Shown piece by piece: positions 62,691 to 64,000 of a DNA stretch of 64,000 nucleotides. How positions within the stretch are numbered: the first letter of the stretch is position 1; each line of letters starts with the position of its first letter. Source of the DNA: Podarcis liolepis (Eukaryota); NCBI GenBank assembly GCA_965112155.1, contig OZ218103.1; one strand, 5' to 3'. A program made the translations under genes and the position numbers. The notes below the pieces were generated by a model that searched no databases, had not been told where the DNA came from, and worked only from the letters and a program-made list of their open reading frames with translations.

Positions 62691-63552
62691 TTATCGGGAA
62701 CGGTTCTTCATCTTCTGCCTCACCTTCTTGCCAGGCCTCTTCTAAAATGAGATACAAGTTGAATGTTATCATTTTACTACCTTAGCTATACCGTACAAGG
62801 GAAAGGGTGATGGCAGGGAGGGAGAGGGGGAGCTGTTTACCACAATGGGCTGGTTCACATGTAATGGCAAGCCAAGCCTTGTGGGTTGCTTTTCTGGGTC
62901 CAGGCAGGGCAGAGTGACTGAACAGTCCTGCTTGTTGCTCATTCACAGAACACCATGGTTTACTTGTTACTGTGGCTTAATGTGAGGTGTGAACCAGCTC
63001 AGCGAATGCTCCACTAGCAGCCAGATTACAGCAAGATTTTCCCAGTTGGCAGCTGTTAGCTAATTTTTATTTATGCCAGCAGAAGACACCCTGATAAATT
63101 TTAATCATTTAATTTATGCACTTATAAATTTAATGAATTTATACCCTGCCTTACAAAGTTCACTTAAAAAAAAGATAGCAATATATAAAGCAATGTAAGT
63201 AAAACTCAAACACACACCCTCAATATAATAAACAGCAGCCATAAATAAATACTAAGAGCCCACTCTAAACCATAAGAAGTGTAGCCTGCTTAAAATCCCT
63301 CCAAATTATATGAATGCATTGGTAATTTATTATAAGCCACTTCTGTTCATTAATTGTCTAAATAAAAACAATTCATGGCAGGTACTCACATTGGCAGCCT
63401 TTTTCCCTGCTTTCCCAGGACCCTTGTGGTGGGCCACACTAGCACGGAAGTTGGACGTATCATTGTGACTTTCTCGAGTGTTCCATTTTGACCCTTTCTT
63501 CTTGCCACCAAAACCAAACTTCTGATTCTTGTAGCGTCGTTTGGCACTTGGT
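62691..63552 (-). CDS. EBNA1BP2: rRNA-processing protein EBP2, last two coding exons (gene continues beyond the window)
   Basis: Exon 63552-63390 (PSAKRRYKNQKFGFGGKKKGSKWNTRES...) and exon 62741-62691 (KRPGKKVRQKMKNRSR*), with canonical splice sites; matches the EBP2 C-terminus. Confidence 0.93.
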
Positions 63553-64000
63553 CTGAAAGAAAAACAAGCAGCTAATTATGGCTGGATACTTAGCCATCTC
63601 TCTCCCCAAAAACTGGCCGGCTCCTCAGCACACATTTTTATCTTTCTCTCCCTGCCCTCAAAAGGAATTATTCCAACTGCAGTACACCATTATTTTAAGC
63701 AGCACCCCACACCCCATCCTGACACTTCACAACCTGATTCCCACTTTGCCAGACACCTAATGGCAAAGACTACTCATTCAGCATCAAACAGAAACACTGG
63801 AAGCCAGTAGTTAGTTTGCTTTTTCTGTGCACCCAAACAGCAACAGTTCTAAGGCTGTAGGTCTCAGACAGTTCAGTCTTACTAGGCTAGTTTTAGCTGT
63901 AGCGATCAAGCACTCTGAGGGCATTAGTCTTAGGTGTTAGGTATGAAAGAAGTTAAATTTTTATCTTGGGCTCCAATGCTGTCGGGTGTGATGGCAGTGA

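Overview
This is vertebrate genomic DNA, almost certainly from a squamate and probably a lacertid lizard, judged from its Sauria SINEs, Bov-B LINE tails, Squam-type SINEs and hAT/mariner MITEs. Genes were reconstructed by hand from splice sites and exon phases: intronless KCNA3/Kv1.3 (-), SNAPC2 (+, 5 coding exons, 331 aa), PIF1 (-, 12 coding exons, 636 aa), CFAP144/FAM183A (+, 4 exons, 137 aa) and the last two exons of EBNA1BP2 (-). The main discovery is a complete, frame-intact 10-exon gene on the minus strand (45594->36510, about 541 aa) that the ORF track shows only as fragments. It encodes a signal peptide, an Ig domain, a ZPBP/Sp38-like domain, an extra Cys-rich module, a transmembrane helix and a cytoplasmic tail with four tandem acidic-dileucine sorting motifs. 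This looks like a membrane-anchored third member of the zona pellucida-binding protein family, whose known members ZPBP1 and ZPBP2 have no transmembrane segment; it sits head-to-head with SNAPC2. Other signals: four RFX X-boxes in 96 bp downstream of KCNA3, a Gly->Ser change at the Kv1.3 toxin-binding turret, a PIF1/CFAP144 promoter with separate cell-cycle and ciliary motifs, a possible decayed gene at about 23-36 kb, and a gene order that joins four separate human loci. Homology statements come from recalled sequences, not from database searches.
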